DNA of 64,000 nucleotides from a virus. Taxonomy: Duplodnaviria; Caudoviricetes. The stretch covers positions 96,001-160,000 of the IMG/VR virus record IMGVR_UViG_3300031992_000018. The stretch is one strand, 5' to 3'. Under the pieces are notes generated by a model. It ran no database searches, was not told the DNA's origin, and saw only the letters and a program-made list of their open reading frames with translations. The position numbers and the translations under genes were made by a program. Positions within the stretch are counted from its first letter, which is position 1; every line of letters starts with the position of its first letter. Shown piece by piece: positions 19,116 through 27,927 of the stretch.

Positions 19116-20810
19116 TTAAATCCATATAATTGTTATAGGATCTATCTTTATAAATGAATTTTTATTTGGTTTATCTGTATAATAGTTAAATCCTCCTCCA
19201 AGTATTGGAATTTCTAATTTTGAATTTAATGATATATTTCCATAATTGTCAAGTCCTGGATTTGTATCACTTTCATAATATATCTTTTTATTTACTAAGT
19301 TATATTGACCATTTATATATTCAAAATTAGAAGTATAATAAAATCCTCTATAAAATGTTTCTTCACTAAGTTCTGATATTATATCTATATCAAATGATTC
19401 AATATCATCATGACAAAGAGAACCAATATTAATTAAATCACTCTTAGCAATAAATTTTGAATCCTCTTTCAAATTCATAAAATAATTACCTAATACAGAT
19501 TTTATAGAATCTTCAATATCTTGTTTAGAATATTGTGATTTTGTTTTAACATAACACATAATAGCAAATCTTCTAATTTCAGGATCTTGGAATTTAAGTG
19601 TTATACCAGCAAATGATTTATTTGAATTCTTAAGAGTATTTTGAATCATTAATTTTTGGTCATTTGTAATTAAAATACCTTGATTATTATTTGCTTTATT
19701 AGTTAATTTATAGTATTCATCTATAGAAGATATATTATTTATTATATTAGATATACATGTAGCATATATAGTCATACTATTTTCTTCACTCCAACAATTT
19801 ACATATCCAACAAATGAGAATCTTTTAAAGAATAATTTAAAGTTTTGTTCAGAAGCAATGACATTACTTCTAGAATTATATCCAATCATATTTCTTACAA
19901 AATCAATTGAATCAGAATTTGTACCACCAGAAATTACTGTATTAAGATTAAGTAATAAATAGTCATCTAAGTTAACTGTATTTCCTTCTGAATCATATCC
20001 ATTATCAACAAATGAAAATTTAGGATTATCACCATATAAAATATTTCCTATAGTTCCTGAATGTGATAAATATAATATTTGTACTACATCACCAGGATTT
20101 GGAATTTTACCATATATACCATTACCAAATATTATATCAAATGTATTTTCATATCCAACAGTAAGAACATATTCTTTACTGTCTTTTGACATATCATATA
20201 AACTTGAAACAGGTTCCCATTCTTCTCCATTTACAAATACTCTTATATAATCTCTGTCAAAAAGACCAGATGATTCAATAGATATTCTTTCAAGAGGTTC
20301 ACCAATACAACCATATTGATAATTATTCCATGTTCCTTGTACAATTTTAAATTCATGAGATGTAAGTGGTTGCTTTGTATAAATTATATATCTATTTGAA
20401 TTCAATATAACAACATAGTTTACACCAGTATTCTTATTGATTATTCTTGTATAATTATTAATATAAATTTTATCAATATCAAGATATGAACCATTATTCA
20501 TTATAACTTTACCAATAATACTTCCACTTGCAGCTGATCCATAATATGGTTCATAACCACTGATTTTAGCTAATGAATAAATACTTTTTCTTCTTGTAGC
20601 AGTTCTGACATTTTGTTCTGTAAGAGCATCTTCAATATAGAACATAGCATTTTGCATGATACCTTTAATACCATCAAAGATAACACCAAAAATTTGGTTA
20701 TGAGTATATTGATAACCAATTGAATTAAATGTTTTTGAAAGATATAGTCTTACTGTTTCATCAAACTGATCATAAGCAGTTTGCATTACTGAAAATAATT
20801 TATTAGCCAT
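19116..20810 (-). CDS. Baseplate wedge subunit (T4 gp6-like)
   Basis: EQNVRTA.RR.SIYSLAK.SGY.P, IIFGNGIYGKIP, GG...DSI. Confidence 0.85.
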   Translation of the reverse strand: MANKLFSVMQTAYDQFDETVRLYLSKTFNSIGYQYTHNQIFGVIFDGIKGIMQNAMFYIEDALTEQNVRTATRRKSIYSLAKISGYEPYYGSAASGSIIGKVIMNNGSYLDIDKIYINNYTRIINKNTGVNYVVILNSNRYIIYTKQPLTSHEFKIVQGTWNNYQYGCIGEPLERISIESSGLFDRDYIRVFVNGEEWEPVSSLYDMSKDSKEYVLTVGYENTFDIIFGNGIYGKIPNPGDVVQILYLSHSGTIGNILYGDNPKFSFVDNGYDSEGNTVNLDDYLLLNLNTVISGGTNSDSIDFVRNMIGYNSRSNVIASEQNFKLFFKRFSFVGYVNCWSEENSMTIYATCISNIINNISSIDEYYKLTNKANNNQGILITNDQKLMIQNTLKNSNKSFAGITLKFQDPEIRRFAIMCYVKTKSQYSKQDIEDSIKSVLGNYFMNLKEDSKFIAKSDLINIGSLCHDDIESFDIDIISELSEETFYRGFYYTSNFEYINGQYNLVNKKIYYESDTNPGLDNYGNISLNSKLEIPILGGGFNYYTDKPNKNSFIKIDPITIIWI

Positions 20811-20816
20811 ATTATA

Positions 20817-21170
20817 TTATTGATATTGATATTCTCTTATTTTTGTTTCTCCAGATTCTTTATCTACTAAAGCAATCTTTATTAAATAAATACTTCTATA
20901 ATCACCTTGAAGAAATGTAGCATTTACATAATATTCCATCTTAGATGCATAATATGTAAGTGTATCTATTTTTTCTCTTATATATTTTTCAATTTCAGAT
21001 GTAGTTGGAGTAAGTGTCCATAAAAATGATTCAAATTCTGTACCATATTGTGGATATCCAATTAATTGTGTATTTTCTGTATTAAGAAGCATATCTATTT
21101 CTTGAAGTGCACAATCTACTTCATTATCTAAAAATACTCTTCCATCTAAAGCTAAATCTAACATAATCAA
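20817..21170 (-). CDS. Baseplate protein (T4 gp25-like)
   Basis: QEI.MLL.T......G.P.YG pattern; adjacent to gp6-like gene. Confidence 0.7.
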   Translation of the reverse strand: MIMLDLALDGRVFLDNEVDCALQEIDMLLNTENTQLIGYPQYGTEFESFLWTLTPTTSEIEKYIREKIDTLTYYASKMEYYVNATFLQGDYRSIYLIKIALVDKESGETKIREYQYQ

Positions 21171-21172
21171 AA

Positions 21173-22996
21173 TTAATTTATATTATAATTTCCATCAGAA
21201 ATATAATCATTGTTTTCATTTACAATGGTATATTTTCCATATAAATTGTTTATATCTGATGAATTTATTGAAAAAATTACATATATATCATTTCTTCCTA
21301 TTTCAATATATTCTTGTTGTTCAATAATCAATTTAAATGTTTCTACTTTTGATAAATATTCACTTAAATCAATACCAATATTCTGAGTAAATCCATTTCT
21401 TAAACTGATATTTTGTAATTCAGATGTTTTATAAAATATTGGTTTATATATTACTCTTGGAGTACTTGATTTTTTAATACTTATATTATTATCATTTTCT
21501 GATGATTTTAAAATTGAACAATTTATTTTATCAATAAATACAAGATTATCTTTATTTATTTCTGTTACTAACATATTTGTTTTATTGTTTAATTTATATA
21601 TCTTATTAAATGTTAATTTATGTATAGATAAATCATTTATTAAATATTTATACCATTCTTTAGATAATATAACTGGATTAGAACGTATAATATTACAATT
21701 TACTTTATCGATAAATGATATTCTATATACAATTAATTCAGGAATATCATCCCAAGTATCAAAAATATCTGCTAATGGTAACATCATATTATCAATTATA
21801 GAATCATTTAAATTGCTACATGATTTATAAAATACTTCATTAAAATATTTATCTGTACTAAATTCTATTAAAAATCCTGTTTTATTTATATTTTCTAAAT
21901 CTTCACCAAATAAATCATTATCTTCTTCTTTATTATTTTCATAATTTATATATTCATTTTTAGTAATATTATTGAAAAATAAATATGATTCTTCTAAAGT
22001 TTTATTATCATAATCTGGATATGAAAATTCATTTACAATAAAAGGAATTCCATAATATTTATTATATAATGTTTGTGATTCAAACTCTTCTTCTTTTAAA
22101 AATTTTATTTTACTTTTTAAAGAGAATGAAACATTTATATTAAATGTATTAGAGTTTTGTAAATTATCAAGATCTTGAACATACATATTATTACTATCAA
22201 CATCAATATATGGTGTTAATATAATATTCAATGTATTATAAAATTGATTATTGATATAATTTATTTTATTATCAAAAATCTTCTTATAAGATACACTACC
22301 ATTTTCTTTAATATCAGATTCAATACTATATGGATAATATAATAAATAAAATGGTACTAAAGAAGTATATTCATTATCATTATTCTTTAAATTAAATTTT
22401 TCTTGAGTATTTCTATTTATACATTCATTATAATCTTCTATATAAATATCTTTATCATATAAAAGTAATTTTAAACAAGGTATATATAATTCTATATATT
22501 CTGAATATGTTATATTATTTATTACTAATTCAGTATTAGATAATCTTGGATAATTTTTACTTAAATCAACTAAATAATGAAATTTTATATCATTTATATA
22601 ATTTTCAATATCTATTATACTATTTAATGTTGTATAAATAGTTGGTATATATATTCTTATTTTATCACACAATATTTCTGTCTCATTAAAACTTGAATTA
22701 TATATCTTATACTTATTATATTCTATATTATCTCTTTTTATCTTATCATTAAAATTTGATGGATCTGTTGAATATCCAAGAGATGTTCCATTTGGAATAG
22801 GGAAACAAGAAATATTTTTATTTGACTCAGGAATAAAAAATATATCTTTATCTACAAAGATACCAGATATAAAGTTTTGATTTTTTAATATGTAAAACTT
22901 TTCATAATGATGCAAATCATTTTTTAAATCAGTCATCGCATCAAAATAATCAATAATATAAGTATAATTACCTAATATTACTTTTTCTCTTATCAT
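21173..22996 (-). CDS. Putative virion structural protein
   Basis: 607-aa ORF heading the baseplate operon; TTATTTTTA motif upstream. Confidence 0.55.
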   Translation of the reverse strand: MIREKVILGNYTYIIDYFDAMTDLKNDLHHYEKFYILKNQNFISGIFVDKDIFFIPESNKNISCFPIPNGTSLGYSTDPSNFNDKIKRDNIEYNKYKIYNSSFNETEILCDKIRIYIPTIYTTLNSIIDIENYINDIKFHYLVDLSKNYPRLSNTELVINNITYSEYIELYIPCLKLLLYDKDIYIEDYNECINRNTQEKFNLKNNDNEYTSLVPFYLLYYPYSIESDIKENGSVSYKKIFDNKINYINNQFYNTLNIILTPYIDVDSNNMYVQDLDNLQNSNTFNINVSFSLKSKIKFLKEEEFESQTLYNKYYGIPFIVNEFSYPDYDNKTLEESYLFFNNITKNEYINYENNKEEDNDLFGEDLENINKTGFLIEFSTDKYFNEVFYKSCSNLNDSIIDNMMLPLADIFDTWDDIPELIVYRISFIDKVNCNIIRSNPVILSKEWYKYLINDLSIHKLTFNKIYKLNNKTNMLVTEINKDNLVFIDKINCSILKSSENDNNISIKKSSTPRVIYKPIFYKTSELQNISLRNGFTQNIGIDLSEYLSKVETFKLIIEQQEYIEIGRNDIYVIFSINSSDINNLYGKYTIVNENNDYISDGNYNIN

Positions 22997-23093
22997 AAAT
23001 TTTACATACTTAATTTAATTAAAAATAAAAATCTACTATAAAAGTTTAAAGATTTGAATGTTATTTTTATATATAAATAGATAATACTAAGAA

Positions 23094-23936
23094 ATGAAAA
23101 CATTTTCAAATTACATTGATAATATAAAATTAATTGATGAAATTTGTTCTTATGAATATAGTGATGTAGTTCTTGAAGGAATATTAAAGAAAATAGCTAA
23201 TTGGTTTGGTAATAAATCAAGAAATATATCTAATAAATTAAATAATTTTTATGATGAATTATATTATTTTCCAGATAATGTAATAAAGACATTTAATGGA
23301 ACATTATCAATTGCAGCAGATGAAACTAATGATTCACAAGAAAATAAAGATATTATAAATAACATTATTAATGATAAACCAGAAAATATACCAGAAAAAG
23401 TTATAAATTATCTTAAAGAACATGAAAATGATAAAGATTTTTATAATTCAATACTTATTGCTTCATTATGTGTATTAGGTATAAATGTAGCAAATGAAAA
23501 TAAAGATCAAAAATCAGTAGATACTATAAAATTATATTTTAATAAAATTAGTGATAAAATAAAGGAAGATACTAAAGATATTTTAAAAAAATCTACAAAT
23601 AATCCAGATAATAATGATAATGATAATGATAATAATCCTTCAGAAGATCTTACTAAAAAAGTTGATGATGTAGTACAAAATGTAGTAGATGATAATCCAG
23701 ATATAGATATTAATAAAGAAAAAGAAAGAGAATTAATAGAAACAATAACTTGGATGATTTTTTATAAATATAATAAAAATAATATGAATTCAGACGAAAT
23801 TGAAGATAATGCCAAGAGACTTGCTAATATATTAATAAATGAATTAGAATTAGATGATGATTTAAAACAGAAATTTAATATAACTTCATTAGATGATTTA
23901 AAACAGAAAATTGAAGATTATAAAAACAATAAATAA
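23094..23936 (+). CDS. Putative head-internal protein
   Basis: MKTFSNYI leader, VVLE-GILKKIANWFG; TTATTTTTA at 23061. Confidence 0.6.
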   Translation: MKTFSNYIDNIKLIDEICSYEYSDVVLEGILKKIANWFGNKSRNISNKLNNFYDELYYFPDNVIKTFNGTLSIAADETNDSQENKDIINNIINDKPENIPEKVINYLKEHENDKDFYNSILIASLCVLGINVANENKDQKSVDTIKLYFNKISDKIKEDTKDILKKSTNNPDNNDNDNDNNPSEDLTKKVDDVVQNVVDDNPDIDINKEKERELIETITWMIFYKYNKNNMNSDEIEDNAKRLANILINELELDDDLKQKFNITSLDDLKQKIEDYKNNK

Positions 23937-23962
23937 AAAGTTGCAATTTTTGCAACTTTTTT

Positions 23963-23990
23963 TTGAATTTCTAGAAATACTTACTATATT
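23963..23990 (+). promoter_or_regulatory. Putative early promoter TTGAAT-N16-TATATT
   Basis: Identical arrangement to 7347, including downstream attaatgtaa. Confidence 0.7.
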
Positions 23991-23996
23991 ATTAAT

Positions 23997-24390
23997 GTAA
24001 TTAATTTAGCTCTTTGAATGCCATTAAAAATACCTAAAAACCAATATTGAAATCGAGGTTATCTTGAAATAAGTTTAGCAGATTTCACATTTTTTGGAGG
24101 ATAAACCAATGTAATAGATAAAATATATAATTAATTTTATTCTAATTTATTTAATCTTAAGAGTAAAAACTAACAAAGAGAGTTAAAGTTTTTCAAAACC
24201 TTTTTCAACGCTCTCGCAACAATAATTAAGGCGTAAGGTGTTTAAAAAACGAACAATACAGACTAGTCATCTGATATTGAAGCCTGAGTGACTTGGAAAG
24301 AAAAGATAATATAATATTTAATACGAATTATTTAATTTAATTATGAATATAAAAATGAGCACCTTTGAGTATCAGGTGCTCTTATTTTTT
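23997..24390 (+). ncRNA. Unidentified structured non-coding RNA (about 380 nt)
   Basis: Promoter, no substantial ORF, several stems and a possible pseudoknot, terminator 24357-24390. Confidence 0.55.
24357..24390. terminator. Intrinsic terminator
   Basis: gagcacct...aggtgctc followed by a T-rich tail. Confidence 0.8.
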
Positions 24391-24392
24391 AA

Positions 24393-24734
24393 TTATTTAT
24401 TTTTAAATTCTATGTCATGTATATATATTGTTGTAAGATCATCTTCATCAAAGGTTATAAAAAAACTATCTATATAATCATTATCAAAAAATTTCTTTTT
24501 TATCTCTTTAATACAACTATGTAAAAAAGATGATGATTTTTCTTTTTTAAATTTTATATATAACCATTTATCATCATCTATAATAAATGTATAATCATCA
24601 TCTTTATATAAAAATTCTCCATCAAAATAAGATTCTAGATCAAATAATAGTTTATCCATATTATCTGATTTTACATTTATATTTTTATTAAGATGTAATT
24701 TTTCTGTTATATATTGACTTAAATTATTCATCAT
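24393..24734 (-). CDS. Putative head-internal protein
   Basis: MNNLSQYITEKLHLNKNI leader. Confidence 0.6.
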   Translation of the reverse strand: MMNNLSQYITEKLHLNKNINVKSDNMDKLLFDLESYFDGEFLYKDDDYTFIIDDDKWLYIKFKKEKSSSFLHSCIKEIKKKFFDNDYIDSFFITFDEDDLTTIYIHDIEFKNK

Positions 24735-24798
24735 TAAAATTTTTCTTTATACAATTAAAAATAATTTTATTTTTATTTAATTATATAACACAGTATTT

Positions 24799-25485
24799 AT
24801 GAAAACAATTAATGAATATATTAGATTTTCAGTTAATAATATAAACTATAATATTATTGACGAAGCATTAGCTCTTGAATCAGAAGGATGGACAATGCAA
24901 GATGTTTATGAGACATTATTTATAACTGATATTTATGATAATGATCAATTAAATGAAGGTTGGATTGGTGATAAACTTAGAAAATTAGCTGGTGCGGCTG
25001 ATACTGCAGAAGATAAAGCAAAAGAAACAATAAATAAAACAAAAGAAGGTATTAAAAATGCTAAAGATGCAGTTGTTGCAAAATTTGATGAATGGTCAAA
25101 TGAAGCAAAAGAAGCATTCAATAATTTAAAGAAATGGGCCGGAAGTAAATGGGATAAAGTTAAAAAAGATATAACTGAAATAATTGGAAAAATTGAAGCA
25201 GCATTTAATAAAATAAAAGATACAATAAAAAATATTGTTGTTTCTATTGGTAAACTTAGTAAAGATATTGTTTTAACAACAGTAGGTCTTTTAATTTTAT
25301 TAGTAAAACAAATAATAGCATTGATTGATAAAGGTTCAGATTTAGTTATGAAATTATTTAATGATGCAAAATTATTTGCTGGTAATGCAATATTTAATTT
25401 AGGTGCTGTTGCCGCTAAGAAAGCTGGTTTATCTCAAGAAGAATTAACAAATGTTTTAACTTTAACATTTTCTTATGCAAAATAA
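24799..25485 (+). CDS. Helical putative head-internal or ejection protein
   Basis: MKTINEYI leader, LNE-GWIG, amphipathic repeats, hydrophobic segment. Confidence 0.6.
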   Translation: MKTINEYIRFSVNNINYNIIDEALALESEGWTMQDVYETLFITDIYDNDQLNEGWIGDKLRKLAGAADTAEDKAKETINKTKEGIKNAKDAVVAKFDEWSNEAKEAFNNLKKWAGSKWDKVKKDITEIIGKIEAAFNKIKDTIKNIVVSIGKLSKDIVLTTVGLLILLVKQIIALIDKGSDLVMKLFNDAKLFAGNAIFNLGAVAAKKAGLSQEELTNVLTLTFSYAK

Positions 25486-25504
25486 TTTAAATATTATAAA
25501 TATA

Positions 25505-25535
25505 AAAAAGAGCTCTTTTTAAAGAGCTCTTTTTT
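25505..25535. terminator. Bidirectional terminator
   Basis: aaaaagagctcttt...aaagagctcttttt between convergent genes. Confidence 0.75.
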
Positions 25536-27196
25536 TATTTTTCTTCTCTACTATGTTTATTGTATTCTGATGAATGAAATTCTTCTTCAAAAGTATGTTT
25601 AGCACCAGGATTAATCATATAAGCCATTTTTGCCATTATATCTCTATTAAGAAGAACTGGTGTTGATTTCTTTCTATTATCAACAAGAGCAAAATCTACA
25701 TTAAGTAATTTTCTTGAACCAATCTGAATACAAGGTACTATTACAGTAACTCTTTCTTCACGTACTTGTCCAACTATAGGGTTTGAAACCCCACTTTTCT
25801 TAAATCTATATGTTTTACCATTTATAACTGCTGATACTTTATCTCCAACTACTTCAACTGATTCACAACCAATTGTAGAAGCTTTAGCGCCATTACCTGT
25901 ATCAAATTTAGCTTCAAGTTCAAATTCTGAATCATTATCCATAATAAACTTCATATTTTCAATATAACCAATTGATTTAGGTGCAAGTACAAGCTCATTA
26001 ATATCATTGATTGCATCAAGAAGTATCTTACAGAAATTTTCTCCAATTACTTCAGAAATACCTTCTGTACCTGGAGAGCAGTTATATTCAAGAACAACAT
26101 TATCTCCAATCTCTGGATTAGAACCTTTTACAAGAGGCATAATATCAACAGCACACCAAGGCATACCTGAAATCTTTGCTACATTTAATGCAATATCTTC
26201 TTGTTCTTTAGTAATTTCAACTTTTTCAGCTTCTGCACCAAGAGATACATTACTTCTGAAATCACCACCAAGTTTCTTTCTCTTCATACATGCAAGAATT
26301 GTTTGTTTTGTTCTGCTTGTAAGAACATGCACTCTGATATCACCACCATCAGCTTCTTCTTTCTTTTGAAGAAGTAATTCTCTTTCAGGGTCAATAGCAA
26401 ATATTGCTTGAAGAATTGCAAGAATACCTTTACCTGTTGTCATGAATACACCTGTTCCACCATGACCATCAAGAATCTTTACAACATATTCTCTCTTTTC
26501 ATCTTCTTCTTTATTTTCACCTACTTCTTTATAAATAAGTTTAAGTTTCTTCTGAAGAGATTCTTCACCTTTAGATACATCTTTTGAAGAAAGAAGACAG
26601 AATTTTGGTTGTGGAATATCATATCTTTTCATAAGAACAGCTGAAGCATATTTATTACTTGCTCTTTTAGCTGCTTGAATTGGATTAAGAACAAAAAGAC
26701 CCCAATCTTGAAGTTCTTTAATACATTCCATACATTCTTCACTATCTTGTGCACCAAGACGTGCAATAACTATTGTATCTATATTTGATTGATCTGTTAT
26801 AGTAAATTTCTCTTTAGAATCTTTAATTTCAATTTTCTTATCATCTGCACTATAATCAACTTCTTCAGAAACAAATGTTATAAGATTTACATCTGTATTT
26901 TTAAGTGCATCTTGAAGGTTTTTAAGAGTTTTATTTTTTGAAGCATCTCTTTCATTTGTAAAGAAGATAATATTCTTAAAGAAATATTCTTCATTTCTTT
27001 TTATTTTTTCAGCATTCTGTACAGTATCATTTTTTGCACCTAATTGTTCAGCTGCTTGATCAACTGCTTGGTCTTCTGAACCAGGTTTTTCTGGATTTTT
27101 TTCTGCACCAGTATTTTCTTCTGCTTCTAAAATAGATTCTACTTCATCTATTGATTTAATAAATTTTGATTCTAAAAGTTCAGTTAAAGTTTTCAT
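25535..27196 (-). CDS. RimK-family ATP-grasp ligase fused to a RimB-like (retropepsin-like) peptidase
   Basis: VVK..DGHGG.GV, DIRV, FRSNVSLG, AVDIM, VLEYNCSPG; C-terminal AKFDTGNG, LLNRD; leader MKTLTELLE. Confidence 0.85.
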   Translation of the reverse strand: MKTLTELLESKFIKSIDEVESILEAEENTGAEKNPEKPGSEDQAVDQAAEQLGAKNDTVQNAEKIKRNEEYFFKNIIFFTNERDASKNKTLKNLQDALKNTDVNLITFVSEEVDYSADDKKIEIKDSKEKFTITDQSNIDTIVIARLGAQDSEECMECIKELQDWGLFVLNPIQAAKRASNKYASAVLMKRYDIPQPKFCLLSSKDVSKGEESLQKKLKLIYKEVGENKEEDEKREYVVKILDGHGGTGVFMTTGKGILAILQAIFAIDPERELLLQKKEEADGGDIRVHVLTSRTKQTILACMKRKKLGGDFRSNVSLGAEAEKVEITKEQEDIALNVAKISGMPWCAVDIMPLVKGSNPEIGDNVVLEYNCSPGTEGISEVIGENFCKILLDAINDINELVLAPKSIGYIENMKFIMDNDSEFELEAKFDTGNGAKASTIGCESVEVVGDKVSAVINGKTYRFKKSGVSNPIVGQVREERVTVIVPCIQIGSRKLLNVDFALVDNRKKSTPVLLNRDIMAKMAYMINPGAKHTFEEEFHSSEYNKHSREEK

Positions 27197-27285
27197 ATAT
27201 ATTTTATAAAAAATTTATCTATATAAAAATAAAAGATAAAAGAATAAATATCTATATTATATAAGAAATATATTTAAGATAATGA

Positions 27286-27855
27286 ATGATAAATTCAAAG
27301 TTAAATGATTATTTATATAATATAGATAATTTAAGAAATATTGACCGTTATCAAATAGCTCATAAGATTACAAAAGAAACAGTTGCTGAACATTCTTTTT
27401 TTGTTGCTTCTTATATATTAAAACTTCATGATTATTATAATTTTAATTTAGAGAAGGCACTTACTATGGGTTTACTTCATGATTTTAGTGAAGTATTTAT
27501 TAGTGATGTACCTCATCCAATTAAGATGGCTTTTCCTGATATAAATAAACAATTAGAAAAAGCTGAATATGATATGAATAGTAAATATATATCTAAGGAT
27601 TTTGCTGATAATCTTGAAGAATTTAATAATCTTACGACTGTTGAAGGTAAAATTGTAAATGTAGCTGATATTCTTTCAGTTATATCATATTCTAAATATG
27701 AAATATCTCTTGGAAATTCTCAATATATGAAAGATGTTCTTAATAGAGGATTAATGAGAATTAAAGATGCTCTTGATTTAATTGAAGATAATATAAAACC
27801 AGAATATAAAACATTTGATATATTATCTGAAATTATTGATTTTTCAAAACGATAA
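27286..27855 (+). CDS. HD-domain 5'-deoxynucleotidase (YfbR-like)
   Basis: R.I.RY, ETVAEHSF, LLHDFSE...SDVPHP.K, ADILS. Confidence 0.85.
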   Translation: MINSKLNDYLYNIDNLRNIDRYQIAHKITKETVAEHSFFVASYILKLHDYYNFNLEKALTMGLLHDFSEVFISDVPHPIKMAFPDINKQLEKAEYDMNSKYISKDFADNLEEFNNLTTVEGKIVNVADILSVISYSKYEISLGNSQYMKDVLNRGLMRIKDALDLIEDNIKPEYKTFDILSEIIDFSKR

Positions 27856-27927
27856 TTATATATTAGATTATATGGAGAAATATAGTCTATATAATCTATG
27901 TTTTAAAATATATTACAAATTAAATAT

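Noticed and set aside
23997-24390. tmRNA, RNase P RNA or group I intron
   Set aside because: No tRNA-like ends or tag peptide, no GAGGAAAGUCC, no complete P7 pair and no interrupted gene
27286-27855. DatZ of a 2-aminoadenine (Z-genome) pathway
   Set aside because: No purZ in the window, and the context is cytosine modification
27862-27895. Hairpin upstream of carB as a PyrR attenuator
   Set aside because: AT-rich stem without PyrR-binding consensus or terminator/antiterminator layout
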